Both the position numbers and the translations under genes were made by a program. The notes beneath the pieces are model-generated. The model did no database searches and had not been told where the DNA came from. It saw only the letters and a list, made by a program, of their open reading frames with translations. From Octopus bimaculoides (lineage: Eukaryota), in assembly GCF_001194135.2 (NCBI RefSeq), contig NC_069001.1, positions 18,094,380 to 18,142,443 on the forward strand: a stretch of DNA of 48,064 nt, written 5' to 3'. Shown here one piece after another: positions 1 to 12,063 of this stretch (positions are counted from its first letter, which is position 1; the number at the start of each line of letters is the position of its first letter).

Positions 1-9
1 ATATATATA

Positions 10-1315
10 TTTGGTCATCCCATAAGTAATGTGGTTGTTTTCACTTGAATGAACTAAAAGTCAGAGGGGGATGGGATAAACTACCTGCATCAACTTGCTA
101 TAAAAGCAGGCAGTAATTTTACCTTGTCTTTAGAGCAAGCTTTGAAGAGTGCAGTTCAATTTTAACAGTTACTTTTTAAAGCTATAATGGAAGTGACAAA
201 GGAGCATATTCGGCATATTTTGCTTTATGAGTCCAATAAAATCAACAATGCAATGGAAAGTGCGAGGAATATTAATGCAGTATATGAGGATCAGACAATA
301 AGCATAAGCCAGTGTCAACAGTGGTTCCAGAAATTCTGAGCTAGAATCTACAGCCTAGAAGTCAATTCTCATCTTGGAAGATCTGTAGAGCTCAACGAGG
401 ATGTCCTTCAAATTATGGTGGAACAAAATCTCATAACTGTTGAAGAACTAGCAGAGAAGCTTGGATTTGGTCATTGAACCATTAATCGACACCTGTGTGC
501 CATCGGAAAAGTCAGCAAATTGGGTCAATGGGTCCTCACAAACTTTCTGAGTCTAATCATGCACAGAGAGTGAATGTGTGCTCTTTGCCATCATGTCTCA
601 CAAATGAACCTTTTTTGAACTGGAGAGTGACTGGTGACAAGAAATAGGTTCTCTATCAAAATGTCAAGTGCTCTATAAAAATGTCAAGTGAAAACAGTAG
701 GTAGGGAAAGGAGAAACATTGGCACCCCAGGCTAAAAAAAGGTTTTCACCTCAGGCTAAAAAAATGGTTTTCACCCACATTAGGTGTTGTTATCTGTTTG
801 GTGGGATATGAAAAGTTTAGTCCACTTTGAACTTTTAAACCCAAAACAATAACAAAGGAGATCTACTGCGAGCAGCTTAAGTGGCTAAAGTTAACGCTAG
901 AAGAAAAACGACCATTTTTGGTTTCAAGACGAAAGGTGTTCTTCCATCAGGATAATGCTCGGCCACATATAGCAAGGATGACATTCCAAAGACTGGGGCA
1001 GTTCCAATGGGAAACGATGACCCACCCATCATATTCGTTGGACATTGCCCCATCTGATTATCATTTATTCTGCAGTCTTCAAAATCAATTGGATGGAAAA
1101 AATATGAATTCTGTAGACAAGGTCAGAACAGTACTGGAAGAGTATTTTTCATCACAGACAAGTGAATTTTGGAAGAGGGGCCTTGCAAGTCTGCCATATA
1201 GTTGGAAGAGTATTGTAGAAAATGAGGGAGAATATATTTTACCTTAAAAAAGTACTTTGTTTATGTTAATTTTGAAAAAAAAAGAAGTATAAAAAAACTT
1301 CATTATTTATGGGAT
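10..1315 (+). mobile_element. Mariner (DD34D) transposon family A, copy 1, decayed
   Basis: Left TIR t(t)tggtcatcccataa after TA. Remnant ORF from MEVTKEHIRHILLYE (188) to HQDNARPH and DIAPSDYHLF, with stops and frameshifts. Right TIR partial (cattatttatgggat). Confidence 0.93.
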
Positions 1316-1369
1316 ATATATATCCCTAACAGTTTTGACACCCTGTCCTATATTTATATATATACTTAC

Positions 1370-1446
1370 AGGCGTTTTTGTTCCTCTTCTTCTTTTCGTT
1401 TTCTTTCCTCTTCCATCCTTCTCTTCTTCTCCCGTTCCAATTCTTC
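1370..1446 (-). CDS. MYO6: Myosin VI exon (77 nt), single alpha-helix region: EELEREKKRRMEEERKRKEEEEQKR(L)
   Basis: ttatag|GAA...CT|gtaagt; alternating E and K/R blocks. Confidence 0.92.
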
Positions 1447-1618
1447 CTATAAAACAGATGTTGAGAAATGACAAGAATGAAGATGATGATGATAAAGGGT
1501 GAATTACCATATGTAGTCTTTTAATAACTCCAAGCCTTTTAGGAGTAACGATATATTCCCTACCTCTTGAGATTAATCAGCTTCTTAGATGTCCACACAC
1601 ATAAATTTCAATTTATAT

Positions 1619-1700
1619 CAGTGGTTCTCAACTGGGGCCCATATGACCCTTGAGAGTATATATAAGATTTTGTTGTTAAAATTTATGTGCAATAAATCAG
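1619..1700. mobile_element. Terminal fragment of the hAT-type MITE seen at 9539-9890
   Basis: cagtggttctcaactggggcccatatgaccc is the reverse complement of the right end of the 9539-9890 element. Confidence 0.7.
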
Positions 1701-1845
1701 TCATACTTCTACAAAGCTTGTTTCCTAACCACATGGTTCTAAGTTCAGTCCCACCACATGGCACCTTGTGCAAGTGTCTTCTATAGCCTTGAGCCGACCA
1801 AAGCCTTGTGAGTTGGTAGACAGAAACTGAAAGAAACCCGTCATG
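1700..1845 (+). mobile_element. tRNA-SINE type 1 (core ...ttcccaaccacatggttc..ggttcagtcccac...aagccttgtgagtggatttgg)
   Basis: Same family as copies at ~13250-13430(-), ~19640-19800(-), ~21389-21560(+), ~25310-25450(-), ~36117-36290(+); boundaries approximate. Confidence 0.75.
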
Positions 1846-2248
1846 TTGATTTTTTTTCACTGATAATGTTTCTGAAAATTGCATTACCCAAAGTGGCCCT
1901 GGGCTATAAAAGAAAAAAAATTACCCAAGGTGCCACACTCGTGGGATTGAACCAAAAACTGCATTTTTATGAAGCAAACTGCAGTTATGCCTTTGCTTGT
2001 ATAATTCTAAGACCTGGAAGTAACAGTTTATGCCTTGGCTGATGAAGTTTAATAAGAGCGAAACATATTCAGAGTTGTCACTACACTGCCAAAAACCGAT
2101 GTCACTAATTCATCACTGAAGTTTATTAGTTAATTTTAAATTAAATTCCAAGGTTATCTCTCTTGCCTTCTTTTACCAGAACTAATCATAAAGCTTATTA
2201 TTTGCTCTATCATGAAGTGTGAAATCTTATTGGTTTACTATAGTGATG

Positions 2249-2358
2249 ATGTTAATGCTCACTTTACTATATAAATTATGTTAATGTTCCCTTCACTACA
2301 TTAATTATGTTTATGGCTCACTTTATTCTATTAATTGTGTTAATGCTCATTTTATTAC
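2249..2358. repeat. ~29-bp minisatellite, ~3.7 diverged units (atgttaatgctcactttactatataaatt)
   Basis: Unit visibly repeated, starting near 2249, 2278, 2307 and 2337. Confidence 0.8.
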
Positions 2359-2406
2359 CTTCACATCAACAAAGTAATCTCTACATCAATACAACACAAC
2401 ACTGAC

Positions 2407-2547
2407 CTGCATTTTCCGAAGTCTCTCTTGTTCTTCCTTGATCTTCTGTTCTTCCATCTTTTTCTGAAGTACCTTCATCTGTTTGTCCATGCTGGACATG
2501 AATTGTTCATAAATTTGTTTACACTGCTCTTTAGTGACGTCAGTTGT
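2407..2547 (-). CDS. MYO6: Myosin VI exon (141 nt): TTDVTKEQCKQIYEQFMSSMDKQMKVLQKKMEEQKIKEEQERLRKMQ
   Basis: ttctag|ACA...CAG|gtcagt; end of the 3-helix bundle and start of the SAH (EEQERLRKMQ). Confidence 0.93.
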
Positions 2548-3890
2548 CTAGAAAAGAGAGAACAGTCAATGGTTAAAACAGTGGTTGGTAATTATTCTTT
2601 AAACTCATGGTGCACTTTAGAGCAAAATATTTTGGGGGCATTCTGGGCATAATGTTAAAAAGTCACAAAAAAAAAGGTCCCCACTATATTTATCTTAATT
2701 TCCAGCTTCATCCCATTTATTCCCACCCATCATCATATAAAGTAGAGTAGTCATATAACTCCTCTACAACAATAAACCTGTTCCTGTCTATCATACCTGT
2801 TCTATCATAATTTCAACCCTCAACACCCCTCATAAAGCCACCACCCTCTTTACAATATTCTCACTCAGTTGAGAGGGTTCTTTAGTCTTGCAAGTGACAT
2901 GGCAACCTCACTAGTGCTGGTGCCATGAGAAAAAAAAGCTCTCAGTACAATTGATTAGTACGTCGGACTAAATGCTCAGAGGCATTTCTTCCAGCTTTAT
3001 TTCCTGAGTTCAAATACACTGAAGTTAACTGTCTTTTATGTGTTCCTCCAACCATCTATTCCATGTCAATATGAAAACCAAACAGCACTGAATGTCTGTC
3101 TCATGATTTGATTTTCATGTCATTACAATCTTCAGGTAGGAACTGATATGTACACACACACACATTTATATTTCAGGAGGTGACAAGCTCAAAGAAGTTA
3201 TATCCAGCCTTTTAGAATAAAGAACTCGAAGATAAGCATGGAAGTGAATAAACACACACACACACACACACACACACTTACTGTTAACAAAAGCCAGAAT
3301 GCATGGTGTTCAGTTATTCCATAAATGAAAAATGCATTAAATGCTACAAAACATACATGTAGGACAGATATACATGCACATACATATACACACAAATGTG
3401 TGCAGACCAAAGAAAAGAACATTCAACATGTGATGGAAGGTAAAAATATTTGTATTATCAGTTTGACTTTTAATAATGTAAACCTACTGCTTCACATTGT
3501 TAATACACACACACACACACACTAATATCCCAAAAGTAAATTGACACCCATCATTAGTATGATGCTCATAGGGATTAAATCATGGAAAACTACACAACAT
3601 ATCTACTAAATACTAGATTAAGTATTTAAACGCATAAAATGACATTTTGTTTCTAGAAATAAATCTTTCAAAAACTGATGGTGTCTTTTGAAATGTGTGT
3701 GCATGTGTGTATGTGAGAGTATTCCCAACAAACAAGAATATGAAACTCTGAGTAACAGTTTGTGAAGATTTTTTTTGCTCTAATAAAAGCATATTACTCT
3801 ACTTTTGGTATTCAAATACTATTTTTTTCCACTTTGTTTTGCATTTATGTGGTTATTTGTGTGTGTGTGTAGAGAGAGAGATGTTGTTAC

Positions 3891-4041
3891 CTTGATTTTA
3901 TGAATGGCCTGTTTCATGCTGGTCTCAAGTTGTTCAATTTGTTTTATTTCAGTGTCTTTGTTGCATTTCAGCTGGGAGATAGATTTGCGCATACTTGTTA
4001 TTTGACCTTGTAACGATTTGATCTTTGTAATTGTCAAATAC
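3891..4041 (-). CDS. MYO6: Myosin VI exon (151 nt), 3-helix bundle: YLTITKIKSLQGQITSMRKSISQLKCNKDTEIKQIEQLETSMKQAIHKIK
   Basis: ctgcag|G...AAG|gtaaca; helical proximal tail; phase 2 to phase 0 fits. Confidence 0.92.
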
Positions 4042-4301
4042 CTGCAGATTAAACAACATTATACATATATACACACATATATACATAAAAGTTAATTTCA
4101 TATTAAAGGCAATAACCAGATGACCACCAAGGTCACCTTAACCATTTATTTTTCAGTGGTTAATAAAGTAACAATCCAATACTGTAGTTAATTCAATAGA
4201 AAACAGTCAAGTTTGGGGAGGGGGTGTGATGAATTTAAGAAGCTGCTAAATACTAGGGATGATGAAATACAGTACAAGTCAAGAGGTAATATTTATCCCA
4301 A

Positions 4302-4525
4302 CTGTTAGAACAAACTTTACTGCAGTACCTACCATTAAAGAACCTGTCATATAGGCTTTTGGTGTAAAGTGCACAACTGTTTATATTGGGAGTGGGGAGA
4401 CAAATTCCCATCAGCACCTGTAGCAAGACCACCACAAGTGATATAAACAAGTGGGTATTCTGCACCAAAAGCCTGTATGAGAATTTCTCTCGTGGTATCT
4501 ACTGCAATATAGTTTGTTCTTACAG
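4302..4525. repeat. Inverted repeat: 85-bp arms (4302-4386 and 4441-4525), 54-nt loop
   Basis: Hand alignment 66/85 identical, no indels. Confidence 0.9.
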
Positions 4526-4592
4526 AACACCGACGTTTAAATGGGGAAAGATATTACCGCTCAGTATTAATATTGCCTCTGTCACTAATATA

Positions 4593-5434
4593 CAGGGTGC
4601 GGTGAATATATTGTCTAAATTACGCAAAAATGAAAATAACACTGACATCTCATTTTAACAGTTATATTTACCAAAATTACATTAAAATATCTTGAAATAC
4701 TAAAGAGTAAATTGATTCAATAAAATTGCCATTGGCTTCAACCACAGCTTCCAGACGACTTCGGAATCTCCTGCAGCTCTTCTGGATGGACTCCTTGTTT
4801 AAGTTGGTAAATGCTGCCAATAATCCTTGCCTTCAGTTCATCTTTGGTGTTACAAGGAGTTTTGTTGGTCTCTTGCTCAACTGTGCTCCACATATAATAA
4901 AGAGGGTTGCAGTTTGGGGAGTTAGGTGGCCAAATGTTAGGGGTGATGTGTTTGCAGAAATTGTCAGATGGACATGACTGGGTTCTCCTGCTTGTGTGGC
5001 AGTCCTGTTGCCAGGAATGGGGTCTTCTAGCAGCCATCCTGTTGACCCAAGGCAGCACTACCTTCTCCAGACACTTGATGTAGGGCTCTGTGTTGAGTCT
5101 GAGGCTGTGTGGGAAGATGAATGGAAGTATAACATCACCATTACTAGTGATCACTCTAAACACTATGATATTTGATTTTTATTACTCTTGGTACATGTCC
5201 TCAGATTGACACCCAAACACTCTGAAATGTTCATATTGGAGATTCCAACATGAATGCCAAGCAGTACAGCATGTCGTTTCCAAATTTCTGGCAGAGTGAA
5301 TCGTGTCATGGTGCTGTTTTTCTCACAGATGGTGCCCAACTCACCCTACTATACTGTGTGGTCAACAAAATCAAAAACAAACAATGTACAAAATCAAAAA
5401 TATAAAATGGCAACAATTTACCCATTGCACTCTG
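4593..5434 (-). mobile_element. Tc1/mariner superfamily element, probably DD37D (maT-type), internally deleted and decayed
   Basis: TA-flanked imperfect TIRs cag(g/a)gtgc... Transposase remnant WQQD(--)CHTSRRTQ...WPPNSPNCNPL(D)YY. The spacing gives D37D if ~3 lost codons are restored. Confidence 0.85.
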
Positions 5435-6551
5435 TATATAGAACCAGTCAAGTACTGAGATCTGTTTTACATTGTATCAGTAAAGGACTGGGTTTGGGAC
5501 TAACTAATGCCTTGTTAGTAAAAGTGGGAGATGAAAACTGCATGGAAGCATGTCAACATGTATATATACACATACACACAAATTTATATATGTATATTAT
5601 TATAAAAACCATAAAAAAGCCTTATGAAATAAGGCTACCCAGGGTTTCCTGGCCAAAATATTAATTTAGTTCACCTTTTTATCAAGCTGGTAAAAACAGC
5701 AAAATGGTTTAGTAACTGCATTCAATGCAATCAACATTTAATTGAGTACACGCATGCATAGAAGAAAGACAGAGAGAAATCAAGGGGAGATAATTAACAG
5801 CACAGCAAATATAACTAATACTTTATGAACATCAAAACTTACATAAACCAACAGTGGAACAAATTATGATGTGTCTGGTGATTTATCCTTAATTCTTGCT
5901 AAGAGACCTATTTAATAAAATGCTCTTTCACTGCTTGTATTCATACAGTCACTGTAGGTTCTTAAGTTATTAAACTGTCTTGCTTTTACCAGCTTGATAA
6001 ATGGTGAAATAAATTGATATTTTGGCTATGAAACCCTGGGTAGCTATATTTCACAAAGCTTTTCATGGTTTTTATTATAATAATATCTTTACTTTCTTAA
6101 CTTCTTGAAAATCATACCACGCATAGACACAAACACGTGTGTGATTTTTTTTGCATATTATACATAAAAACAGTTCATTGAAGGATCATTCCTTATATTT
6201 GATAAATAACAAATACACTTTTATGAGGTAAAGATTGACAGTAACTTCAAAGTATGACTACTTGTTGATGTCATCATGCTGTCTGTTGAAACCAATAAGT
6301 GGCAAAACTGAAATTATTCAACCTTTCCTCTTGGAAGGAAGCAAAACATGGTAGATAGGTTTTATGGATGGACAGACGGTTCAATGAATGGGAGAGAGAG
6401 AGAAAGAAAAAGAGAGAGAGAGAGAGAATTAGAAAAAATAAACCAAAATGTTGGAGGAAGCAATTTTTCTTAAGTGAACTTTCATCTAATTTATGATTGT
6501 ACAGAAATATGATAAAGTGTATTTTAATGTCCAAAGGTTCACCACACATAC

Positions 6552-6642
6552 CTGGGCCTGTATTTCTTCTTGGACAAGTACATACGTACATTCTTTTGAA
6601 TTGTAATCAGATTACCTTGGCGATACAGTATTTTATATTTTA
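6552..6642 (-). CDS. MYO6: Myosin VI exon (91 nt), IQ motif: KYKILYRQGNLITIQKNVRMYLSKKKYRP(R)
   Basis: tttcag|TA...AG|gtatgt; IQxxxRxY motif; phases fit both neighbouring exons. Confidence 0.95.
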
Positions 6643-7087
6643 CTGAAAAATAAAAACACTTTTTACAAAATGTGTACTTGATATATTACATATCTGAAAA
6701 GGTTGTAATAAATGGCTGGAGTTTAGTAAATAGTTTTAATTAGAATGATCCAAGTTATGTTCCTAGGATTTCATGTGCCTATCTATTATATTTGTATAGA
6801 AATGTATAACAGCTAATGGTTAAAGTGACAATCATATCTATCCAACATTACATGATAATAATAGACAGTGACAACAAGTGTGCAACACAGAATTTTGTGA
6901 ATAAATATATATCCAAAAGGATACTTATATATAATTACATATATACATGTATATTTATAATATATATATATATATACTTATAAGTATACATGTATATGTA
7001 AGTATATATAAGTATTCCTTTTAGTTATATATTTATTAGCAAAATGCTGTGTTGCACACTCATTAACACTGCGTATTATTATATAAC

Positions 7088-7118
<31 letters not shown>

Positions 7119-7122
<4 letters not shown>

Positions 7123-7630
7123 TTGCAGAACTTGAGGCAATCCAACGAAGCTACACNNNNNNNNNNATTGCAGAACTTGAGGCAATCCAACGAAGCTACA
7201 CGAAGAAGATAGCCTCTATGCAGCATATAAGCTACTGGGAAAGACTCAAGAGACTGAGACTCTATTCCCTAGAGTGTAGAGAGGAAAGATATGCCATAAT
7301 CCACATCTGGAAGATCCTAGAGGGACTTGTCCCAAACTTTGGCATCGAGAGTTACACTAATGCTAGAACAGGGCACCACTGCATAGTGCAAAGACTCCAA
7401 CTTTGCCATCAAGATATAGGAAAAGATATTGCAACAGACTGAGCTTTAAAGGGTCACAGCTCTTCAATATTATACCAAATACCCTGAGGAGACCTGCATA
7501 AGGTAAATGTAAGCGTCTTCAAAACGAAACTTGATCTCTTCGTGTATCCCAGATGAATTAACTTCACAGCAGAAAGTGCAGATGAGGGCAGCGGCATTAA
7601 ACTCCCTCATGCATCAAATGTCAATTTCAG
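7119..7630 (+). mobile_element. CR1/L2-type LINE 3' fragment
   Basis: ELEAIQRSYTKKI...SYWERLKRLRLYSLECREERY...IWKILEG resembles the C-terminus of CR1/L2 ORF2. Confidence 0.8.
7157..7166. other. Assembly gap (10 N) with the same 35-mer on both sides
   Basis: attgcagaacttgaggcaatccaacgaagctacac occurs immediately before and after the gap. Confidence 0.95.
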
Positions 7631-7792
7631 AGTGGACATCGATGAGGCCGTTAACCTCATATATCTATATATACTGTGACTGATGTAATGTGTGTGTGTG
7701 TGTGTGCATGTATGTATATGTGTGTGTGTATATATTAGTTTTTTGTTTTATTGAAACTGAATGGAAATTATTACAAAATCTTTAATACACAC

Positions 7793-8000
7793 ATTTAATA
7801 ACAGAGAGTGCACACCATTGCACCTTCTTCCAGCGTGATGTAATGAGCCATTTCATGACCTTCTTCACCAACATGGCCAAGTTTTCAGGATCACTTTTAA
7901 GAATTTCATCAAACTCAGCAAATTTTCCTGGCCGGAAGAATACTTTTGTCATGCCAAACTTGAAGTCTTTATCATTAAGTCCAAGAGCTTTAAAGAGTGA
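7793..8000 (-). CDS. MYO6: Myosin VI exon (208 nt), converter plus insert 2: [69 protein letters not shown](L)
   Basis: ttccag|TCA...AAA T|gtgtgt; [16 protein letters not shown] and the class-VI-specific insert 2; not in the ORF track. Confidence 0.96.
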
Positions 8001-8439
8001 CTGGAAAAATAAAATGAGTTAGAAATGTTACATAATTAATATCAGACATGATGATATATTAGGCATTTAATTGGTAGAATTGATGAAACAGACAAAATGG
8101 CATTTTGTAGTAATTAGTTAAAGCTCCATGTTCAGATCTGACTACAGTCAACTTTGCTTTTCATCCTTCTGTGATCAATAATTAAAGCACTTGTTCAGTA
8201 TTGAGGTTGATTTTTTCCCCTCTTCTCTTTTGTTCTCATTTTCTCTCTGGAAGAATTTGGTTGTGTTCAGAGCTGGAGCAAGGCTGCCTTTGCCTAGTTG
8301 AAACTGCTCAAAGTACACTCTGTCACAAAGGTGACCCTATAACTCCATCAGGAGTTGAGGACCCCAGGAAGGAGGTGACCAGGAAAGTACTGGAATAAAT
8401 TTAATCCAGCAAATGTAGTTTTATACCCTATGTATCACT

Positions 8440-8737
8440 ATATTGACCAGACTATCAGATGTTGTTGCACATTGTTGATCACAATGTCCTTCCTTGTGCT
8501 GTTGTATTTTTCGATCAATGCCATCCTGCTGGCTAGGTGTAGACAGGCAGGCCAACATTCCCCCTGATCAGAAGGCAAGTCCATCACAGGGTTACCCATT
8601 TACAGCTGAGTGGACTGGAGCAATGTGAAATGAAGTGTTTTGCTCAAGAACACAATGCACCACCAGTCTTGGAATTGAAACCAGAATCATACAACTCTAA
8701 GTGCAACACCTTAACTACCAGGCCACGCACCTTCACA
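8440..8737 (-). mobile_element. tRNA-SINE type 3 (core acttcatttcacattgctccagtccactcagctg)
   Basis: Related copies at ~37290-37490(-) and ~20820-20950(+); tRNA-like head at the high-coordinate end; boundaries approximate. Confidence 0.7.
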
Positions 8738-9538
8738 TGGTCTATATAAGAAATAAATTTTATAATCAATTATAATCAATAATTGGACCTAATCAGGGAA
8801 CTTGTACATGATAACTCAATGAGCTAGAAACAGCAGCTAAATATCCCTCAAATTACACCGTGAACTTCCTGTTTTACTAAAGAACCTATTGGATAGCTAG
8901 GATATGCAAGTTACACTATGCAGGGAATAAATTGGAATGGTCATGGCTGGAATGCCTTTGATTATTGATAAGTTTAGCTCCAAGTTAACCCTAATGATGG
9001 ACTATAAACAACCACAACAAACAACCTTAAGCAGAAACTTCTTGTCAGATCCCTGCTCAACAATAGCCCTTGCTGACATCTCTCTCCTGAGACTGCCACC
9101 CTCAATCCCTCTTTTTAGTAATGGTGTAGTCTGGCATATGGAATCATGCCCTTAACCTTCACAGGAACTCTGTAATCAGCAATATCAACTTATTTAATCT
9201 GTAGAGAAAATCTATAGATATTTAAACCAGTATCTATACATTTGAGGGAGATTTCTAACTAAATAGACCAACTAAATAGACAGTAGATGAAAAGGTATGA
9301 TTTTAGTGGGGTTTGGCTACTATTTTTATTGAACTAGCTGACCAAATAGGCATTTGAGTAAAGATGTATTCAAGGAAGATTTGGCTGTTGTTACTAGCAG
9401 GCTGACCAACCAAACTCACAAGTCTCCTATTTCTGTTTACCAATTTAACAAAATTAAAGTTACAGGCTCTCTTTCATCTTAAGAAATAAAGAAATCATAT
9501 TAAGTGATTAAAAAAAATGTTTAAATTATATTTTAAAC

Positions 9539-9890
9539 CAGGATTTCTCAACCATTTTTTATGTATGAACTCTTTTGATTACCATTTTATTCTGGTGGAC
9601 CCCCATAGCCATTCAGTGTTTAAAAACTAGTTTTATAGAAACTTCTTTTAAAATTACTATTTTGTTTTTCACACAATAACTTGCGTAGGTTGAGCTATGT
9701 AAAATTAGAGAAAGAAACTTAGCTGTTTCTTGCAATACATACAAATACATACATCTAAAGCAAAATATTTTTAGAGGTCATTAAGATACAATTGTGGATC
9801 ACCAATGTACTATCTTGTTGCATGGATCCTCCCCCACCCAATCTTATATGAACCCTGAGGGGCCATATGGACCCTAGTTGAGAACCACTG
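9539..9890. mobile_element. hAT-type (Charlie-like) MITE, 352 bp
   Basis: TIRs caggatttctcaacc / agttgagaaccactg; degenerate 8-bp TSD ttttaaac / ctttaaat. Confidence 0.8.
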
Positions 9891-10010
9891 CTTTAAATGA
9901 ATCATGTTCACCCTACATATTCTCAAGTCTGGTCCCCTCATAAAAGCAAAAGTCTATGGAATCGCCCTCCTTTGTTAGATTCAAAAGCAATATTGCTGAA
10001 ATTAGTGTAC

Positions 10011-10141
10011 CTTGCAGAAGAGTCGAGGATCAAGTTGTGAGAGTTCTGGTGGTAAGTAATTCTTGTACATAGTATAAAGTTCAGAAAACGGGGTTCTGGA
10101 AGGATAACCTTGTTGCATGAGTTCTAGAACTGAAGTCATCC
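10011..10141 (-). CDS. MYO6: Myosin VI exon (131 nt): [43 protein letters not shown]
   Basis: tttcag|GG...AAG|gtacac; SH1 helix and start of the converter. Confidence 0.96.
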
Positions 10142-10494
10142 CTGAAAGAAAAACAATAAAACAAAACACAATATATAAAATCAAAATGAGACAGGTGTAA
10201 TGAAATAAACATCAGAGATGCTCTACCCTACACATCATTTTCAAAAATACTGGCATCTGTGGGAAGTTAGGAGAATCTACAAGTAAATTGGGAAAACATA
10301 ATTCATACATCCTTTGTGATATTTGTTCTGCAATGAGTTACAGACACCCCCTTGTCACCTTTACTAGGAGAAATGCAGTGAATCAGTCAGTGGTTGGCCC
10401 ACTGTGACCAAACTTGTGACCAATTGTACTATTGTCCAACAATTCTGATATAAAGCAAAAACAAACTGAAATATATTTTTATTTAAAATCTTAC

Positions 10495-10588
10495 CTGAAC
10501 ATTGCAATTGGCTAAGAATTTGGGCACCTTCAAAGAGATGATCAACCATTTTCAGATTAGGTTTGATGCACCGGATAAAGTTGGTCCC
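10495..10588 (-). CDS. MYO6: Myosin VI exon (94 nt): [31 protein letters not shown](G)
   Basis: tattag|GGG...TCA G|gtaaga; FIRCIKPN motif. Confidence 0.97.
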
Positions 10589-11060
10589 CTAATAATAAAG
10601 AATGGCAAGATTATAAGCAGAGTGCAGGAGTGGGTGTTAAGAAATTGAGTTTAATATCATTTAAGTGCTGTGTGTAGAGAGGAATAAAATACCAGAACAG
10701 TTGGAGATTGTATATTACACACACACATACACACCTCTGAACACTGTAAAGCACACATACAAACATTTGAACACTGTACATCACACATACACCTAAATAC
10801 CACACATCACACTCATGAAATCTCTACAGAGCACACACCAAATGTTTTACAACAGACTGTATCCTCTGATGCCTAATCAGTTTCAAGCATTTGGTCCACA
10901 ATTCTCTATGCTTTAAACCTCTTCCATAACATGTGACCAGCAATAATCACCTTTAACAAGGACAACAACAACAAAACTAAGTGTTTATTGATAATCACAA
11001 ACAATAGAAATATTGTCATAGTTTCATACTTTCATAAATAAGAAATAGTAAAATACTAAC

Positions 11061-11255
11061 TGTGCTCCTTAATTTGTCCATAAGGACCTGTAGTTGAGAC
11101 CGAAATTTGCTGCCAATGCTGATGAAGTTTAGTTTTCCACCAGAGACTGGGGTACTTTCAGCAAAAATAGATTTCAACAATGGATCCGTACTTTCTTGAA
11201 TAAGGAAAGCAAGGGATGTGTGTAAGGCATCATTATTTTTGGCAATGAACAGGTT
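11061..11255 (-). CDS. MYO6: Myosin VI exon (195 nt) with loop 2: NLFIAKNNDALHTSLAFLIQESTDPLLKSIFAESTPVSGGKLNFISIGSKFRSQLQVLMDKLRST
   Basis: ttgcag|AAC...ACA|gttagt; KNNDAL and KLxFIS motifs. Confidence 0.95.
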
Positions 11256-12063
11256 CTGCAAAGAGATTGACAATATATTTCAAGATATCAGGGAATGTAT
11301 GATATTTCAGAAACTTCAGAGCAGTTCCTTGAACATATCCAAGACAAGGTAAACAAAAAATTAAAAAAAGAAGTCAAAATTGAGTGAAGAGTTAAAATTA
11401 AAATATTAAAAAAAAACTAAATGAATAAATATTCCAAAAATCAATCACTAAAAATTTAAATAATGTGCTGGAGATCTTAAATGGAGATTAAGAAAATTGG
11501 ATTGCAAAAGAGGAAAAATTAAAATTCTATAAAGCAAGGGCATCCATTAGCATTAGAAAGAACATCCAGCTATAGAACCCATGCCAAAGCAGAAACTGGA
11601 GCTGAAGGCAGTTCTTCTATACTGGCATTCAACCCATGCCAGTATAGAAGACAGACACAAAAATATGACGATGAAGCATTTTCAAATTATGGAACTATCC
11701 AATGAAAATTCCTACTTGAAATATTGATTTCTAATATAGGCACAATTGGATCTCACATTTAAGGACAGGATAGTGTTTGTACAGCCTCTGTTGGATGATG
11801 TGGACCAGGCATCCAATGATGTATGTAAGACTAACAGTTGACTATTCATGAAAGTCTCCTCCTCTCCATACCATAGATATTTATCCAAGGGTAAGGATGC
11901 TGACTCGGGCTCATACAATGTTGTACCAGTTTCCCCACTGATGTTACTGACAGAACGCAAAGAACCAGATTGGATACCACAAAACATCCCAACCAACTCT
12001 CTAACTGTTCTACAAATTCATCACCCAGAACTGGTACTTTTATTAACCCTGAAAGGATGAATA

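Noticed and set aside
5920-5935. Candidate IQ exon start (cag|TG AAA GAG...)
   Set aside because: In-frame TAG follows; the true IQ exon is 6552-6642.
11712-12060. Overlapping 94-aa and 70-aa ORFs in a slightly GC-richer block
   Set aside because: No recognisable domain, and one end is SINE sequence; probably an unrecognised decayed repeat.
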